Source: an uncultured Oscillospiraceae bacterium (GTDB lineage Bacteria > Bacillota > Clostridia > Oscillospirales > JAAYOS01). Taken from it: 60,634 nucleotides of DNA. The translations under genes and the position numbers were made by a program. The first letter of the stretch is position 1. Each line of letters begins with the position of its first letter. The notes beneath the pieces were generated by a model. That model did no database searches and was not told where the DNA came from. It saw only the letters and a program-made list of their open reading frames with translations. Positions 36,807 to 46,435 of the stretch are shown here, in pieces. The stretch spans positions 1 to 60,634 of the forward strand of contig CAZBNJ010000005.1 in NCBI GenBank assembly GCA_964493515.1, written 5' to 3'.

Positions 36807-39434
36807 TCACTCTGTACGCAGCGCCTCGACTGGGTCCTTGCGTGCGGCGATGCGCGACGGTATAAGTCCCGCGATAAAGGTTAGCAGCATGCTTATGCCG
36901 ACGAGTATCGCGCCCGCGACCGGCGGCAGTACCGCCACGTTCTTGATCTCCGCCAGGTGCTCGATTATCGCGTTTGCGGGTATGCAGAGCAGCAGCGTGA
37001 CCAAAATTCCCATCGCTCCCGCGGCAAATCCGACTATCAGCGTCTCGGCGTTGAACACACGGCTTATATCCTTCTTGGACGCGCCTATCGAGCGCAGGAT
37101 GCCTATTTCCTTGGTGCGCTCGAGCACCGAGATGTAGGTTATTATGCCTATCATTATCGAGCTGACCACCAGCGAGATGGCGACAAACGCTATCAACACA
37201 TAGCTTATCGCGTCGATTATCGTGGAGACCGAGCTCATCATCAGACCCACCATATCGGTGTAGCTTATCACGTTCTCCTCGCGGCCCTCCGCCTCCATGC
37301 GGCTGTTGTAGTCGTTCAGCTTCGCTACCAGCGCCTCCTTGGACTCGAAGTCCTTGGCGTACAGGCTTATGCCCGACGGCTTTGACCTGTCCGCCACGCC
37401 GAGCAGCTCAAGATTGCCCTCGTAGGTGGCGGAGGTCTTGTGCATCGCGGCATACTGTGCCATCGCCGCCGCGCGCTCCTCCTCGCTCATCGCGGCAAAC
37501 ATCTGCTGCTGTTCGGGGGTGAGCGTCGAAACATCGAACTCGGGCACATCCGCGTCGTCTGTGTCAAAGTCGATGCCGGTGAAGATGTCGGTGTCCCGCC
37601 GCTCGATCTGCGCCTTTACCGCGGGGCTGTCATCGGTCTGTCGGATAAGCTCGTCCATCAGCGCCGAGGTGTAGCCTATCGAGCCCGACGACGATGTCGC
37701 GACCACGTTCTCACCCGGGCGCAGGATGCCGACCACCTTGACCTCGGTAGCGTCGGCGAGTGCGTCGCGCATGAACGCCTCGTCGCCGCTCATGTCCACC
37801 CAAACTCCGTCCGCGGTCTCGGCGTAGCGCATGGACACCGGGATCAGCTTGTAGCGGAGCTCGAGTATCTCGTCATACGAGTAGCTGTCCGGATAGTCGG
37901 CGCCCTTGTACTCCTCGCCCGCGACCACCTTCTTCATCATCTCGCCGACCTCGTGCGCGTCCATCAGTCCCAGTCCGTAGAGCGTGAGGTCGGTCACCTC
38001 GTTGTTGTCGTTCATTATCACGACTATCTCGTCGTAGCGCTCGGGCATACGTCCCGCGACCACCTCGTACTGCACCGAAAGCAGCTCGTCGTTGCCGATA
38101 AGCTCGTCCCACGCGTCCGCGGTGCTTCCTATCATGGGGTTCATGCTCATCATTTCGCTCATGCCCATCTGCTCGCCCATGTTCATCACGTCGCCGACGC
38201 CAATCTCGTCGTAGATGGTGGACGGATTAAGCTGACGTATCCCCTTGGTCGTGTCCGCGTCGTATATCAAAAGCGGTGTGGTGTAGCTGTATTTCACGCC
38301 GTTCAACAGCTCTTTTATCCCGCTTTCGTCGTCCTCGATGTAGTTTCTAAACTCCTCGAGGTTGTTGGTCGCCATCTGGGTGGAGAGTATGCCGAGCATA
38401 TCCTCCATCATACGCACCGGATACACCCTGTCGTCCGAGTGCTCCTCCACCTCGGTGCGCGCGCCCATCATCGCGGTCATCATGCCCGCCAGGTCGACCG
38501 TCTCGTCCTCCACCGTCAGCGGATAGCTGGACAGCGTATCCTCCTGCACGCGGTCGATGTAGCTCTGCATACCGTTTGACAGCGCCAGTATCAGCGCGAT
38601 GCCGATTATGCCGATGCTTCCCGCAAACGCGGTCAGTATCGTGCGCCCCTTCTTGGTCATCAGGTTGTTAAGGCTCAGGCTGAGCGCGGTGTGAAAGCGC
38701 AGCGGCTTTTTCTTCGTGCGCGAACGGGTCGTGCTCGGCGCGGCTTCGTCCTCCGGCGTGTATGCGTTCGAGTCGTCTGTCACCCTGCCGTCGAGCATAC
38801 GGATTATGCGGGTGGAGTACTTCGCCGCAAGGTCGGGGTTGTGCGTGACCATTATCACCAGCCGGTCCTTCGCTATCTCCTTGAGCAGATCCATCACCTG
38901 CACGCTCGTCTCGCTATCCAGCGCGCCGGTCGGCTCGTCGGCAAGCAGTATGCGCGGATTGCCCGCAAGCGCACGCGCTATCGCGACGCGCTGCATCTGA
39001 CCTCCGCTCAGCTGATTCGGCTTTTTGTGTATCTCCGCGCCGAGACCCACCTGCTTGAGTGCGTCTGCCGCTCGGCGACGGCGCTCCGCCTTGGGAACAC
39101 CGCTGAGAGTCAGCGACAGCTCGACATTGGAGAGTATCGACTGATGCGGTATCAGGTTGTAGCTCTGAAACACGAACCCGACCGACGTGTTGCGGTACAC
39201 GTCCCAGTCGCCGTCACGGTAGCCCTTGGTCGAGCGTCCGTCTATGATGAGGTCGCCGGAGGTATAGCGGTCAAGGCCGCCGATTATGTTCAGCAGCGTT
39301 GTCTTGCCGCAGCCGGAAGGTCCGAGCACCGACACAAATTCGCTCTCACGAAACGCGAGCGACAGTCCCTTCAGTGCCTCCACCTTGCTGTCTCCGGCGA
39401 CGTACGTCTTGACTATGTTTTTCAAGCTAAGCAT
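36807..39434 (-). CDS. fused ABC transporter ATPase/FtsX-type permease (MacB-like)
   Basis: N-terminal NBD ([35 protein letters not shown]), a long extracytoplasmic domain, and a C-terminal FtsX four-helix domain. Confidence 0.9.
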   Translation of the reverse strand: MLSLKNIVKTYVAGDSKVEALKGLSLAFRESEFVSVLGPSGCGKTTLLNIIGGLDRYTSGDLIIDGRSTKGYRDGDWDVYRNTSVGFVFQSYNLIPHQSILSNVELSLTLSGVPKAERRRRAADALKQVGLGAEIHKKPNQLSGGQMQRVAIARALAGNPRILLADEPTGALDSETSVQVMDLLKEIAKDRLVIMVTHNPDLAAKYSTRIIRMLDGRVTDDSNAYTPEDEAAPSTTRSRTKKKPLRFHTALSLSLNNLMTKKGRTILTAFAGSIGIIGIALILALSNGMQSYIDRVQEDTLSSYPLTVEDETVDLAGMMTAMMGARTEVEEHSDDRVYPVRMMEDMLGILSTQMATNNLEEFRNYIEDDESGIKELLNGVKYSYTTPLLIYDADTTKGIRQLNPSTIYDEIGVGDVMNMGEQMGMSEMMSMNPMIGSTADAWDELIGNDELLSVQYEVVAGRMPERYDEIVVIMNDNNEVTDLTLYGLGLMDAHEVGEMMKKVVAGEEYKGADYPDSYSYDEILELRYKLIPVSMRYAETADGVWVDMSGDEAFMRDALADATEVKVVGILRPGENVVATSSSGSIGYTSALMDELIRQTDDSPAVKAQIERRDTDIFTGIDFDTDDADVPEFDVSTLTPEQQQMFAAMSEEERAAAMAQYAAMHKTSATYEGNLELLGVADRSKPSGISLYAKDFESKEALVAKLNDYNSRMEAEGREENVISYTDMVGLMMSSVSTIIDAISYVLIAFVAISLVVSSIMIGIITYISVLERTKEIGILRSIGASKKDISRVFNAETLIVGFAAGAMGILVTLLLCIPANAIIEHLAEIKNVAVLPPVAGAILVGISMLLTFIAGLIPSRIAARKDPVEALRTE

Positions 39435-39547
39435 TAGGTAATCTCCTCACAAAAAATGCCAACAGCACAAATTGCACCGTTAGCATTTTATTCCATATAA
39501 ATTGTCCCGTCAAGCGAAAAACGCCGCAATTTACAAAAGATTTACAA

Positions 39548-40006
39548 TTAGGCTATCGCCATGACGTATATCTGACAGGGGTTCTGTTCGTCCCACAGCG
39601 CAGGAAAGCACTCAAGCTCGCGAAAGCCCAGCGCCTTGTAGTAGGCGTTCGTGCGGTCGTAGTCCTCGTAGCACCCCTCGCGCACCGTCTTGACCTGTAT
39701 GAACTCGTAGCCGTTCCGCTTCGCGTAGTCGTACAGCTTCGCGAACAGCTCGCGTCCTATCCCGCGGCGATGGCGGTCGGGAAGGACGCCCATCACGCAT
39801 ATCTCGGCGGTGTAGCGGCTGGTCGCCTTCATCGCAATGAACCCGTCCGCGCCGTCCTCCGACACCGACGCCCAGAGCGGCAGCTCGCGGCACTCGCGCG
39901 CGTAGCTCTCGATGTTCTCGGGTATTCCGAACCAGTCGGGCAGCGCGGTCAGTATGTCGCGGCAGATCCGTTCGCGCTCGTCCGCGTTCTCTATAAATTC
40001 TACCAC
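39548..40006 (-). CDS. GNAT-family N-acetyltransferase
   Basis: VLPDRHRRGIGRELF acetyl-CoA binding motif (Q/RxxGxG/A). The start abuts the stop of the upstream dehydrogenase gene. Confidence 0.88.
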   Translation of the reverse strand: MVEFIENADERERICRDILTALPDWFGIPENIESYARECRELPLWASVSEDGADGFIAMKATSRYTAEICVMGVLPDRHRRGIGRELFAKLYDYAKRNGYEFIQVKTVREGCYEDYDRTNAYYKALGFRELECFPALWDEQNPCQIYVMAIA

Positions 40007-41245
40007 TTACAGACGCTCCTGAGCAAATGGGCACACGTTGCGGGTGTCCAGCACCAGCTTGTTCTTCAACTTGTCCATGTTCTGCTTTATCTCGCTGTGT
40101 CCGACAAGCAGCACCACCATGTCCACCGACTCTACAAACTCGTCGAGCGAGTAGACCTGGCCGTCGCACATCTGCTGCTTTACAAACGGGTCGTACACCT
40201 TGAATCCCTTTGCCAGATGCTTTCTCATGCAGTCAAGAAGCTGGAGCGTCGGACTTTCGCGGGTGTCGTCCACGTCCTCCTTATAGGTCAGTCCGTACAG
40301 TCCGACGCGGCTGTTGTCGGTGATGCCGTTCGCCTCCATCACGTCGGCAATGCGGCCGAGCGTGTACTCGGGCATCGACGCGTTGACGCTCACCGCCGCA
40401 AAGGTCAGCTCGGCAAGGCTCTCGCCGTAGTCGCCGACCAGGAACCACGGGTCGACCGATATGCAGTGACCTCCGACGCCCGGGCCGGGATTCAGGATGT
40501 TCACGCGCGGATGCTTGTTGGCGATGCGTATGACCTCGCGCACGTCCATGCCGTTCTGGCGGCAGAGCTTGGCAAGCTCGTTTGCGTAGGCGATGTTTAT
40601 CGAACGGAAGGTATTCTCCACCACCTTGGTCATCTCGGCGGTGCGGATGTCGGTGGTCACGATCTCGCCCTTACAGAAGCTGCCGTACAGCTCCTTGACA
40701 AGCTCGCCGATCTCCGGCTCGTCCGCGCCGATGGTGCGAGCGTTGTGCTCAAGCTCGTACAGCATGTTGCCGGGGATGATGCGCTCGGGCGCGTGGGCTA
40801 TGTGCGCGTCGGTGCCGAGCGTGAATCCGCGCTTTGCGAACAGCGGACGCACATGCTCGTCTATCGTTCCCGGCGACACGGTGCTCTCCACCACCACCGT
40901 CGCGCCCTTGGGCATGACGTCGAGCACGCACTCGACCGCGCGGACGATATAGCTCGCGTCCACCTTCTTCGTGCGCTCGTCATACGGTGTGGGCATGGTC
41001 ACGACATACACGTCGGCGGACGGATAGGTCGTGGAAAACTCTATCTTCCGCGCGACAGCCGCCTCGTACAGTCCCTGGAGCCCGTCCTCCTCAAAGGTGA
41101 CCTGACCGCTTTTCAGCGAGTCCACTATCTCCTTTTTCACGTCCACGCCGACCACGTCAATGCCGTTCGCGGCAAGGCTCAGCGCGGTGGGAAGCCCGAT
41201 GTACCCCAGTCCGATAACGCCGACCTTCTTCTCAAATATGCTCAT
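40007..41245 (-). CDS. nucleotide-sugar dehydrogenase (UDP-ManNAc/UDP-GlcNAc 6-dehydrogenase-like)
   Basis: Rossmann VGVIGLGYIGLP, catalytic GPGVGGHCISVDP, and C-terminal UDPG_MGDP_dh domain blocks. The start is at 41245 (MSIFEKK). Confidence 0.9.
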   Translation of the reverse strand: MSIFEKKVGVIGLGYIGLPTALSLAANGIDVVGVDVKKEIVDSLKSGQVTFEEDGLQGLYEAAVARKIEFSTTYPSADVYVVTMPTPYDERTKKVDASYIVRAVECVLDVMPKGATVVVESTVSPGTIDEHVRPLFAKRGFTLGTDAHIAHAPERIIPGNMLYELEHNARTIGADEPEIGELVKELYGSFCKGEIVTTDIRTAEMTKVVENTFRSINIAYANELAKLCRQNGMDVREVIRIANKHPRVNILNPGPGVGGHCISVDPWFLVGDYGESLAELTFAAVSVNASMPEYTLGRIADVMEANGITDNSRVGLYGLTYKEDVDDTRESPTLQLLDCMRKHLAKGFKVYDPFVKQQMCDGQVYSLDEFVESVDMVVLLVGHSEIKQNMDKLKNKLVLDTRNVCPFAQERL

Positions 41246-41302
41246 CTTATCCGTCCTTTCTTTATCATGTCGGCAGCAGTCCAAAGCCGCCCCGTTTCTG
41301 CA

Positions 41303-41845
41303 CTAATGCTCGTTTTTCGCGTCCGTAAATCCGTTGAACCATGCCCTCTGCTCGAAAGGAAGCTTCTTCGGCAGGGTCGGCTCGGTCTCGGCAACACCGA
41401 CCGGCAGGATACATACAAGCTCGTATTCATCAGGCACGTTCAGTATCTTCGCCATCCGATGTCCTATCCTGTCCTCGTCGGTAATGTGTCCCTCGTACCA
41501 GCAGCTCTGATACCCGAGCTCGACTATCGCAAGCAGCATATTCTCGATCGCCGCCGAGTAGTCCTGCACCGCGTAGCACCTGTCCCGATACGCGTTTATC
41601 CTACGCGTCAGAACACATATCATGGCGGGAGCGGTCTCGGCGACCGGCGGGTCTATGACCGCGCGCAGCTTTTCCAGCACCTCGCCGTCGTCCACCGCTA
41701 TCAGGCTGGTTGTCTGCTTGTTGCAGCCCGACGGAGCGTCCAGCCCCGCTTTCATTATCGTTATCAGGTCGGCCCTCGGAACGGCTGTTGGCTTATACTT
41801 GCCTCTGTAACTGTGCCTTCTGCCTATCGTCTCTATTACGTTCAA
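41303..41845 (-). CDS. nitroreductase-family flavoprotein
   Basis: IETIGRRHSYRGKY and APSGCNKQ motifs. A TTG at 41845 has GGAGAAGGAG 8 nt upstream. The alternative GTG at 41881 would overlap the upstream gene by 8 nt. Confidence 0.85.
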   Translation of the reverse strand: MNVIETIGRRHSYRGKYKPTAVPRADLITIMKAGLDAPSGCNKQTTSLIAVDDGEVLEKLRAVIDPPVAETAPAMICVLTRRINAYRDRCYAVQDYSAAIENMLLAIVELGYQSCWYEGHITDEDRIGHRMAKILNVPDEYELVCILPVGVAETEPTLPKKLPFEQRAWFNGFTDAKNEH

Positions 41846-41873
41846 TCCTGCATCTCCTTCTCCGTGTATGGCT

Positions 41874-43790
41874 TTACTCACTCACGGTCAGTTCCTCGTC
41901 CACTATGTCGCATATCCAGTCCATCGACTGTATCTCCATAAGCGACGGAACCTTGTAGTTCTCCACCCGCATAACGCCGTCCCGGTCGCGCATCGGACCG
42001 AGCAGCGGGTGTACGTTCGAGTGCGCGACCGCCTGCTCAAGCATCCTCGCGAGCCGCGTCGTGTGGCTTCCGAGCACCGCGTCCACGGTGTATATCTTCG
42101 CCGCGCCGCCCTTCAGTCCGAGCCAGAAGTAGAGGCTCGGCGCGTCCGCGTCCCGTCCGATGTGGCTGAACGCGCCGTCGAGATAGTCGCCGATTATCCG
42201 CCGATAGACCACTCCCCAGTCGACCGCCGGTGCCGCCAGATATTCCTTTATGCGTCCGTTCGGATGCACCGAGCAGAGCATGGCGTAGAGATCGTCGCAC
42301 GGCTTGAGCGACACCGCGCCGTAGGTCGGGTACTGGCAGAGCACCACGTCGCACCCGCGCTCCGCGAGCATCCTGCGGCAGATCCTGTCCTCGGAGTGGG
42401 CGTAGTTCACTCGCGGCGAGCACCGCTTGACCCGAATGTTGTGGTTGACCAGCCGCGCGCCCTGCGTGAACGCGTTGAGCGAGTAGGTCGCGATATACGC
42501 CTTTATCGGCATGTCCACAATGCCTATTATGTCGCTCTTGGTGTACGCCCCCGCGATGGCCCCGAGCACGAACGCCTGCTCGTACAGCTTACAGTAGTAG
42601 GTGTTCAGCTTCATCTCGGGATTCGAGTGGTTGCAGTTGAACACCAGCGTCTTTGGGTTTTCCAGCGCTATCTGCAGCGACGCGTGCGCGAAATCCGCGT
42701 TGACGGTGAAGAGCATATCCGGCTTGTGCTCGGAGATTATCGCGTCCAGCTCGCAGTAGGCGTTGCTCTCGTCCACACCGTATATCGCCTCGGTACTCAC
42801 CCGTCCGTCGTAGAATCTCTCAACGTCCATACGGCCGACCTCGTGCGAGCGTGTCCATGTCGATATGCTCGGCGACGGGCCGTATACGAACACCGCCTTT
42901 GCGCGTTTGCCGCCTATGCCGAGTATTCCGCGACCGCTCGTCGGCGAGCTGCCGCTCTCCTCTATCGTTATCGGAGGAAGCTCATCGCTTATCATCCTGA
43001 ACTGCGCCTCGCAGCTCTTGACACGCTCGGCAAGCTCGTCCGGCGGAGTGTCTATCGGGAATCCGTACACGCACACGAACTGCGAGAACGCGTCGGCGGT
43101 GGTCATCTTTATGTCGCGGAAGCCCGCACGCGAATATTGCAGCGCAAAGTCGCGATAGACGCTCGGAAGCCACTCGTCCGGCTTCTTTCCCGCAAGCGCG
43201 GGCGTCTTTTTCGCGAACTCCTCCGCCTCCTCGATAAGCCAGCTGAATGTACCCACACGGCTGAACCACATGTCGCCGAACGCAAACGACCGCTGGTCAT
43301 AGTCGAGTATCTCGTAATAAATCTTCAGCTGCTCGTCGTTTTCGTCGTACTTTGGCAGTATGCGCGTTATGTCCGCGGTTATCGAGTACGCGCCGACATA
43401 GTTCATCACCGACACGCGCTTGTTTCCCTCGATGACGTAGAATCTCCCGATATATTCGTACACCTTTATCGGGTCGGTTATTCCGTCGCGCAGATGGTGT
43501 CCGTACAGCGACCGCCACTTGGACGCGAACTCGGTGCCCTCGTCCAGCAGCGGCATAAAGTTGCCCGCAAACGCGTCCGCGCGGTTTGCGGTGTATGTTC
43601 CGACTATCTTTTTCAGCGGTATCTCATGCGTGCCGAGAACGATCTCGCCCATCGTCTCGACGCCGTCCATCTCCTGTTCCAGTATCGGCAGTCCGCCAGC
43701 GTACTTGTCCTTCGCGTTATCGCTCAGCCAACGTCTGCCTGCGCGGCGGGCATTTTGATATGGTATTATTCCGTTGGAAGTCTCCGGCAA
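41874..43790 (-). CDS. cytoplasmic fusion protein: N-terminal ParB/Srx-like domain plus C-terminal BMP (PnrA/Med-like) periplasmic-binding-fold domain
   Basis: The ParB-N-like block is IPLKKIVGT...PIKVYEYIGRFYVIEGNKRVSV. BMP-like blocks are YEQAFVLGAIAGAYTK, GCDVVLCQ and IQSMDWICDIV. There is no signal peptide or lipobox. The start is uncertain: TTG at 43790 after GAGGAGG, since a TGgTATAAT promoter lies inside the longer track ORF. Confidence 0.7.
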   Translation of the reverse strand: MPETSNGIIPYQNARRAGRRWLSDNAKDKYAGGLPILEQEMDGVETMGEIVLGTHEIPLKKIVGTYTANRADAFAGNFMPLLDEGTEFASKWRSLYGHHLRDGITDPIKVYEYIGRFYVIEGNKRVSVMNYVGAYSITADITRILPKYDENDEQLKIYYEILDYDQRSFAFGDMWFSRVGTFSWLIEEAEEFAKKTPALAGKKPDEWLPSVYRDFALQYSRAGFRDIKMTTADAFSQFVCVYGFPIDTPPDELAERVKSCEAQFRMISDELPPITIEESGSSPTSGRGILGIGGKRAKAVFVYGPSPSISTWTRSHEVGRMDVERFYDGRVSTEAIYGVDESNAYCELDAIISEHKPDMLFTVNADFAHASLQIALENPKTLVFNCNHSNPEMKLNTYYCKLYEQAFVLGAIAGAYTKSDIIGIVDMPIKAYIATYSLNAFTQGARLVNHNIRVKRCSPRVNYAHSEDRICRRMLAERGCDVVLCQYPTYGAVSLKPCDDLYAMLCSVHPNGRIKEYLAAPAVDWGVVYRRIIGDYLDGAFSHIGRDADAPSLYFWLGLKGGAAKIYTVDAVLGSHTTRLARMLEQAVAHSNVHPLLGPMRDRDGVMRVENYKVPSLMEIQSMDWICDIVDEELTVSE

Positions 43791-44134
43791 TCTGTCCGCC
43801 TCCTCTTGCAATGTCGTTCGGTCAGGTGTATACTTACTGTCGCACGGTATATGCAGTTGAATCAAGTATCCTGCGGATATTATACCATGTGTTGGGGCTT
43901 CGCGCAAGCATAAGCGGGCAAAGCATACATCATATCGGCGTATCTACCTCGTGCGACGGCAAAAAAGGCTCGATTTTGGCAAACTTTTTTTGAAATAACC
44001 CTTGCAATCGAGGGAAAATTCTGCTATTATAATATCTGCGCCGCTGTGGACGACGCACAATCTGCCGTTTTGCGCTTCGGTACACCACGTCCGACAGCGC
44101 TCGATAAATGGACAAATTTCTGGGAGGTGCAATC

Positions 44135-44323
44135 ATGGCAAAGTGCCAGTTCTGCGGTAAGGGCGTTACTTTCGGCTGCAACGTCAGCCATTCGCATCGC
44201 CGTACCAATCGTATGTGGAAGCCGAATGTGAAGCGCGTCAAGGCTGTGGTCAACGGAACTCCGTGCCACGTCTACGCCTGCACTCGCTGCCTCCGTTCGG
44301 GCAAGGTCACTCGCGCGATATAA
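44135..44323 (+). CDS. rpmB: 50S ribosomal protein L28
   Basis: MAKCQFCGKG..NVSHSHRRTNRMWKPNV, with GGAGG upstream. Confidence 0.96.
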   Translation: MAKCQFCGKGVTFGCNVSHSHRRTNRMWKPNVKRVKAVVNGTPCHVYACTRCLRSGKVTRAI

Positions 44324-44336
44324 CATACATGAGAGA

Positions 44337-44373
44337 AAACAGCGTCGGGAGTCGCTCCCGGCGCTGTTTTTTT
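44337..44373. terminator. bidirectional terminator (rpmB / ligase gene, convergent)
   Basis: AAAACAGCG-TCGGGAG-TCG-CTCCCG-G-CGCTGTTTTTTT. Confidence 0.8.
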
Positions 44374-44411
44374 CTTTGTCACGCCTCGGTTGGACGTCTA
44401 CCTCGGCGATT

Positions 44412-46118
44412 CTACGCGGTCTCGATGTTCGCGGCGTTCTGAAGCTCCAGCTTCTCCACGCCCATCTCGCGCAGCTTATATTTGAGTATCTTTCCGGCGG
44501 CATTCATCGGGAAAGCGTCCATAAACATCACATATCGGGGAGATTTGAACCGACTCAAGCCCTGCTTGACATACTCGATAAGCTCCTCCTCGGTGGCCTC
44601 GGCGCCCTCCGCAAGCACCACGCAGGCGAGCACCTCCTCGCCGTATTTCTGGTCGGGCACGCCGACCACCTGCACGTCGCTCACCTTTGGATTGGTGTAC
44701 AAAAACTCCTCTATCTCGCGCGGATAAATGTTCTCGCCGCCGCGGATTATCATGTCCTTCAGCCGTCCGGTTATCTTGAAATAGCCGTTCTCGTCCTCGG
44801 TGCCGATGTCGCCCGAGTGCAGCCAGCCGTCCGGCTCCACCGCAAGCGCGGTCGCCTCCGGCATCTTGTAGTAGCCGCGCATGACGTGGTATCCGCGCGT
44901 CATTATCTCGCCCGGTGTGCCGAGCGGGCACTCCTCGCCGGTGTCCGGATCGACTATCTTCACCTCGCAGTGGGGCAGGCGCTTGCCGACGGTCGCCACG
45001 CGCGTCTCCAGCGAATCGGTGGTCGCGGACATGGTCATTGCGGGCGAGCACTCGGTCAGGCCGTATGTTATGCAGATGTCCGGCATGTGCATATCCCGAA
45101 CCACCTGCTCCATCACCTTTATCGGGCAGGGCGAGCCCGCCATTATGCCGGTGCGCATATGCGAGAAGTCGAACTTCTTAAAGTCGGGGTGCTCGAGCAT
45201 ACCGATGTACATCGTCGGCACTCCGTGGACGGCGGTGCACTTCTCGGAGGTTATCGCCTCCATCACGCGGAGCGGGTTGTACCGCTCGACAAGCACCATC
45301 GTCGTGCCGTGGGTTATCGACGCGGTGACCGCGAGCACCATGCCGAAGCAGTGGAACAGCGGCACGGTTATGCACAGGCGGTCGCGCTCGGTGAAAGCCA
45401 TGCAGTCGCCTATCGACTTGCCGTTGTTTACGATGTTGTAGCTTGTCAGCATGACGCCCTTGGGAAATCCGGTCGTGCCCGACGTGTACTGCATATTGAT
45501 AACGTCGTGGATGTCCACCGCCGCCTGAGCCGCGGCGCGCTCCTCCTCGGTCACGCTCTCCGCCATCTCGTATATGTCCTCAAAGTTGTACATTCCGGGA
45601 AGCTGGTCGGCGCGGTCGCCCACATAGACCACGTTTTTCAGATAGGGCAGCGCCGCGCACTCGATGTGCCCCGGCTCGGCGGTCTCCACCTCCGGGCAGA
45701 TCGCGCGCAGATGCTCTATGTACATCTTGTCCTTTATGCCGCCTATCATAACGAGCGTGGTCGAGTCGGACTGCTCAAGCAGATACTCAAGCTCAAACTG
45801 CTTGTACGCCGTGTTCACCGTCACCAGCACCGCGCCTATCTTCGCGGTGGCAAACTGCGTGAGTACCCACTCGGGGACGTTGGTCGCCCATATCGCGACA
45901 TGGTCGCCCTTCTTCACGCCCATCGCCATCAGTCCGCGGGCGACCTTGTTGAGCGTCTCCTTCAGTTCGGCATACGTCCAACGCCTGCCGCTGGACGGGC
46001 AGATAAGGCCGTCGTTGTTCGGAAATCTGTCGGCGGTCTCATCGAACATATCCGCCATCGTTATCTCGCGAAGCGGCGGCTGCGAAGGCCCCATCCAGCG
46101 TGGATTCTGCTCATTCAT
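44412..46118 (-). CDS. AMP-dependent synthetase/ligase (acyl-CoA ligase-like adenylate-forming enzyme)
   Basis: ANL superfamily motifs MQYTSGTTGFPKGV, GYGLTE, GEIMTRGYHVMRGYY, GWLHSGD and IIRGGENIYPREIE. The start is at 46118 (GGAGG). Confidence 0.92.
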   Translation of the reverse strand: MNEQNPRWMGPSQPPLREITMADMFDETADRFPNNDGLICPSSGRRWTYAELKETLNKVARGLMAMGVKKGDHVAIWATNVPEWVLTQFATAKIGAVLVTVNTAYKQFELEYLLEQSDSTTLVMIGGIKDKMYIEHLRAICPEVETAEPGHIECAALPYLKNVVYVGDRADQLPGMYNFEDIYEMAESVTEEERAAAQAAVDIHDVINMQYTSGTTGFPKGVMLTSYNIVNNGKSIGDCMAFTERDRLCITVPLFHCFGMVLAVTASITHGTTMVLVERYNPLRVMEAITSEKCTAVHGVPTMYIGMLEHPDFKKFDFSHMRTGIMAGSPCPIKVMEQVVRDMHMPDICITYGLTECSPAMTMSATTDSLETRVATVGKRLPHCEVKIVDPDTGEECPLGTPGEIMTRGYHVMRGYYKMPEATALAVEPDGWLHSGDIGTEDENGYFKITGRLKDMIIRGGENIYPREIEEFLYTNPKVSDVQVVGVPDQKYGEEVLACVVLAEGAEATEEELIEYVKQGLSRFKSPRYVMFMDAFPMNAAGKILKYKLREMGVEKLELQNAANIETA

Positions 46119-46143
46119 AATCAAAATACCTCCCCGGGACAGC

Positions 46144-46430
46144 AAAAAAGTGCGCCGTCTCCGAATAGTTCAAGGAGACGAAGCGCACGCTCCGCGGTAC
46201 CACTCCTAATTGCAGGAAATCCCTGCCGCTCACGAGACGCGAATACGCCTCCGCCCCTGTAACGGTGGGCATCCGTCCTCCCTACTGCGCTTTTCGGGAA
46301 GGATGGCTCAGAAGCGAGCTTCGACGCCGCCGCACACTGTCTTTCACCGACCGACAGCTCTCTAAAGAACGACCGCCACGCCTACTGTTCTTCGTCATTG
46401 CCGTCCACATGGCCATGCCAACGTGGATTG
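46144..46430 (-). promoter_or_regulatory. T-box riboswitch leader (specifier probably CUC-Leu, alternatively GCU-Ala)
   Basis: Read on the minus strand in canonical order: AUGACGAAG...AGUA, AGAGAG, GGUGAAAG, specifier loop GAAGCUCG, F-box CCGUUA, T-box AAUUAGGAGUGGUACCGCGG. The terminator is GUGCGCUUCGUCUCC..GGAGACGGCGCAC plus U6 (46188-46144), and its 5' arm overlaps the T-box sequence. Confidence 0.85.
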
Positions 46431-46435
46431 AAGGT

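Noticed and set aside
39452-39520. Possible leader attenuator upstream of the MacB-like gene (TTGACG-17-TAAAAT followed by a hairpin with a U-run).
   Set aside because: A transcript from that putative -10 would start inside the 5' arm of the hairpin, so the hairpin could not form in the leader. It is more simply the terminator of the upstream four-gene operon (the GNAT stop is at 39548).
43917-43975. Possible third, degenerate copy of the conserved promoter module (AAAGCAT..ATATCGG..GCGTATC..TCGTGCGAC).
   Set aside because: Only scattered short matches are present. They are in the opposite orientation relative to the nearest gene and need several indels, so they are not distinguishable from chance by eye.
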